From positions 1,048 to 65,047 of IMG/VR virus record IMGVR_UViG_3300021197_001026: a stretch of DNA of 64,000 nucleotides, one strand, 5' to 3'. Below the pieces are notes generated by a model. That model saw only the letters and a list, made by a program, of their open reading frames with translations, ran no database searches and was not told the origin of the DNA. Of the stretch, positions 61,653 through 64,000 are shown in pieces. The translations under genes were made by a program, and so were the position numbers. The stretch is from a virus (lineage: Duplodnaviria > Caudoviricetes). Positions within the stretch are counted from its first letter, which is position 1; each line of letters starts with the position of its first letter.

Positions 61653-64000
61653 ACATCACCTCGTTGTTGTTTCAATAGTTCACGCTGCATACCGGCGTCG
61701 ATGCGAGCAGCCGTCTGCGTTTCTTGGCTTTGCAAGCGTTGTTGGAACTGTGCCTCACGCTGGGCAAGTTTTTCTCTTTCAAACTGTAGCTCTTGCTGCT
61801 CCATCGCCATGTCGTTCTGCTCTTGCTGAGACTTCAATTGCAACTCTTGCTGCTTGAGTTGTATCAAAGGATCTGGCCCCTGCGGTTGACCGGCTTGCTG
61901 GATTTGTTTGCCTAAATCAACCAACTGCTGAGTGCCCTGCGCCACAAACTGAGCAACCATCATCTGGTACGGCTGATTCGTTGCGGAATCTGTCAACGTC
62001 ACATTTGGATTCTGCTGCATAAACGCTTGTTCTGCTTGCTCCTCCGCTTGTAACTGGATGTGGTTCAGTAGGTGTTTTTGTATCGATAGCTGTACATTAG
62101 GCATTTGAGAGGCCATACCGCCCGTCACAAACAACAAATGTGATTGCATGTGTGCGGCATGGTCTTGACCCTTGAAAGCCTGTAAAGCCGTGTTTTCAAG
62201 CGTATCGATGTTTTCTTGTGCAGGATCTTTCGGCCCAATTTCATTCGGGGTATCCGCTCGCAAGATCATGTCCGAGTTTTTTACGCCCAAGGCGTCATAC
62301 ACTCGGCGGTATACTTCTGGGATGTTGTGGATGTCCGGAGCCTGCATGGCCATCTGTAGCTCTGTCTGAGCCAAAGCAATGCGCTGGCTTTGAGAAAAGA
62401 TATTCGGGTCCGAAACGGGCAACACGTCTACCCTTTCATCAAAATCCTCTGCTTTAACCGTCGATTCAGCCCCCGGCACCTCATAAGGATACACAGGCGG
62501 CAAACTCTCTTTCATCACGCGCGCCAAGATCTTGAATTCAATCTTCATGGCGTAATGCAATCGCTTATGCACGGCGCTCATTACGCGCGTGCCTTGCTCA
62601 ATCATAGCGATGGTGGTGCCGACAGCCGCGTTGGGGTTGGCATCGCCCACCTTCATGTCAGTAATCGTCGCGAACCGTTGCCCTGCGTCCACCACAAAGC
62701 CCAGTAGCTGGAAAAGCGTGCCGTCTGGACCTTTAAACGGCAAAGGCATCAAACTGTCTCTAATCTGCCCTCCGGGCGCGTCAACGTCTCTAAATTCACC
62801 CGGCTGTAGGGGTGAATCGTCGTCCCTGATCCGCAGGCCGCGTGCCTTGAAGCCAGCAGGTAAGTTAGAAAGCGTTCCTGCATCAATCAATTGACGTAGT
62901 GCAGCAGTCGCGGTGCGCGATAAACCACCTATGGTATGGATCAAACCAAGGCCGTAAAAGCCAAATCCCGGCAAAAACTTGTAATGCACAAAGTACTGAA
63001 TCTTGTTCGTGAGAGGATCTTCTTCCTCATAGTTGCGCCGAATCGACAATACTTTGCTGTTTTCTTCGCTGATTGTGACGATATAGGGCACTTTGATCCC
63101 GGTTTCTTCGCCTTCTTCATCTTTGTTTTCGTAACCGGGTAAGTCCAAATCCGCATGAAACTCAAGCAAAGTGCAGTCGTAATCGATATTTGACGCACTC
63201 ATGCCGTCAATATAGTCAGTTTCTTGGGAAATGCTGTCCGTGTTGGGCTGAGAAGGCAGCACAGGCACGTCACGATAGAATCCGCTGACTTGCTGTTTGC
63301 GCAGGTCGTTCATCGATATGCGGACCACGTGCGTTATGCAGGGGCATGTTTGCAGGTCTGAAGTCTCGTAAGGCACCACCAAGTGCTCTGCTGGTACAAA
63401 CTTGCTGACAGGACGGCCCAGTGCGTCGTCAAAGTATACTTTCTTGAAAGTGCTGCCCGCCAAAGGCAAATTAAACAGCATCTGATCAAATTCTGGCGTG
63501 TATTCCTCCATCACGTTAGTGATGTAGTAATTCATAAAATTCTTTACGCGTGTGGCCTGCTCAGATTTAGCATGTGTGGTTGACCCAAGCACCGTGGTTC
63601 TAACCGGACCATCCGCAGGCAGTAGCTCATTGAAGGCTTGTGCTTGGAACTGCACTGCCGCTTCAGCAAGCAAAGGGTGCGTGACGCCTGTAGCGCCTCT
63701 AAAAGGCTCTGTACGCTCTTCGTAGTTGAAACCTAATAGCTCTAGGCCGTCAGAGTATGCCTCCTCCCAATCGTGTCTGGAGGCCCTGTTGGCGCTGTAT
63801 TGGTCCATCAGGTCGTTGGCTACTTCAGCCAACTCTGATTCGTCCATAAACTCAGCAAGGTTATCGAAAAAGTCGTCTTCACGATCTTTGTTTCGCAGCG
63901 GGTCAAAGTCAAAAGTGACACCACCATCTTCGTCCTGCGTGATCTCAACGCCTTCAATGCTCATCGCTGCATTGGTTTCAAGACCGCTTGGTAGCGCCTC
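61649..64000 (-). CDS. Portal protein, module B (5' end outside window)
   Basis: Homolog of 7416-9857; the frame stays open to 64000. Confidence 0.88.
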   Translation of the reverse strand, partial: EALPSGLETNAAMSIEGVEITQDEDGGVTFDFDPLRNKDREDDFFDNLAEFMDESELAEVANDLMDQYSANRASRHDWEEAYSDGLELLGFNYEERTEPFRGATGVTHPLLAEAAVQFQAQAFNELLPADGPVRTTVLGSTTHAKSEQATRVKNFMNYYITNVMEEYTPEFDQMLFNLPLAGSTFKKVYFDDALGRPVSKFVPAEHLVVPYETSDLQTCPCITHVVRISMNDLRKQQVSGFYRDVPVLPSQPNTDSISQETDYIDGMSASNIDYDCTLLEFHADLDLPGYENKDEEGEETGIKVPYIVTISEENSKVLSIRRNYEEEDPLTNKIQYFVHYKFLPGFGFYGLGLIHTIGGLSRTATAALRQLIDAGTLSNLPAGFKARGLRIRDDDSPLQPGEFRDVDAPGGQIRDSLMPLPFKGPDGTLFQLLGFVVDAGQRFATITDMKVGDANPNAAVGTTIAMIEQGTRVMSAVHKRLHYAMKIEFKILARVMKESLPPVYPYEVPGAESTVKAEDFDERVDVLPVSDPNIFSQSQRIALAQTELQMAMQAPDIHNIPEVYRRVYDALGVKNSDMILRADTPNEIGPKDPAQENIDTLENTALQAFKGQDHAAHMQSHLLFVTGGMASQMPNVQLSIQKHLLNHIQLQAEEQAEQAFMQQNPNVTLTDSATNQPYQMMVAQFVAQGTQQLVDLGKQIQQAGQPQGPDPLIQLKQQELQLKSQQEQNDMAMEQQELQFEREKLAQREAQFQQRLQSQETQTAARIDAGMQRELLKQQRGDV

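Noticed and set aside
30336-63583. Numerous + strand ORFs opposite the late genes
   Set aside because: Antisense shadows of long minus-strand genes, without RBS or recognisable motifs.
1-64000. Integrated prophage with host flanks
   Set aside because: No integrase, att-like site or bacterial housekeeping genes were recognised; the whole window looks phage-derived.

Overview
This window is a tailed dsDNA phage, probably podovirus-like and probably infecting a proteobacterium (inferred). It is slightly more than one genome long and carries two diverged copies of the head module. Late genes run on the minus strand: portal-B, GroES-like, scaffold, MCP-B, adaptors, tail fibre, holin, lysozyme and ejection proteins (64000 to 30414), then TerS, TerL, an Asp/Asn beta-hydroxylase, portal-A, GroES-like, scaffold and MCP-A (13991 to 1). 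Between them lie an early/accessory region (14.2-24 kb, + strand) and a replication/recombination block (primase-helicase, RusA, PD-(D/E)XK nuclease, Sak, SSB-like). No DNA polymerase was recognised. The main finding is a nuclease-less Nop/IS110-like protein (21172-22041) followed immediately by 17 strictly 36-nt units of AGCGAGCCA-N9-AGAAAACCA-N9 (22037-22657). This is a TIGR-Tas (TasA-type) dual-spacer RNA-guided system. Also present are a complete type II hammerhead ribozyme upstream of ardC, a ~340-nt structured non-coding stretch at the start of the early region, a perfect parS palindrome after MCP-A, and a candidate -1 frameshift at the SSB stop codon. All calls come from reading motifs by eye; no database searches were run.
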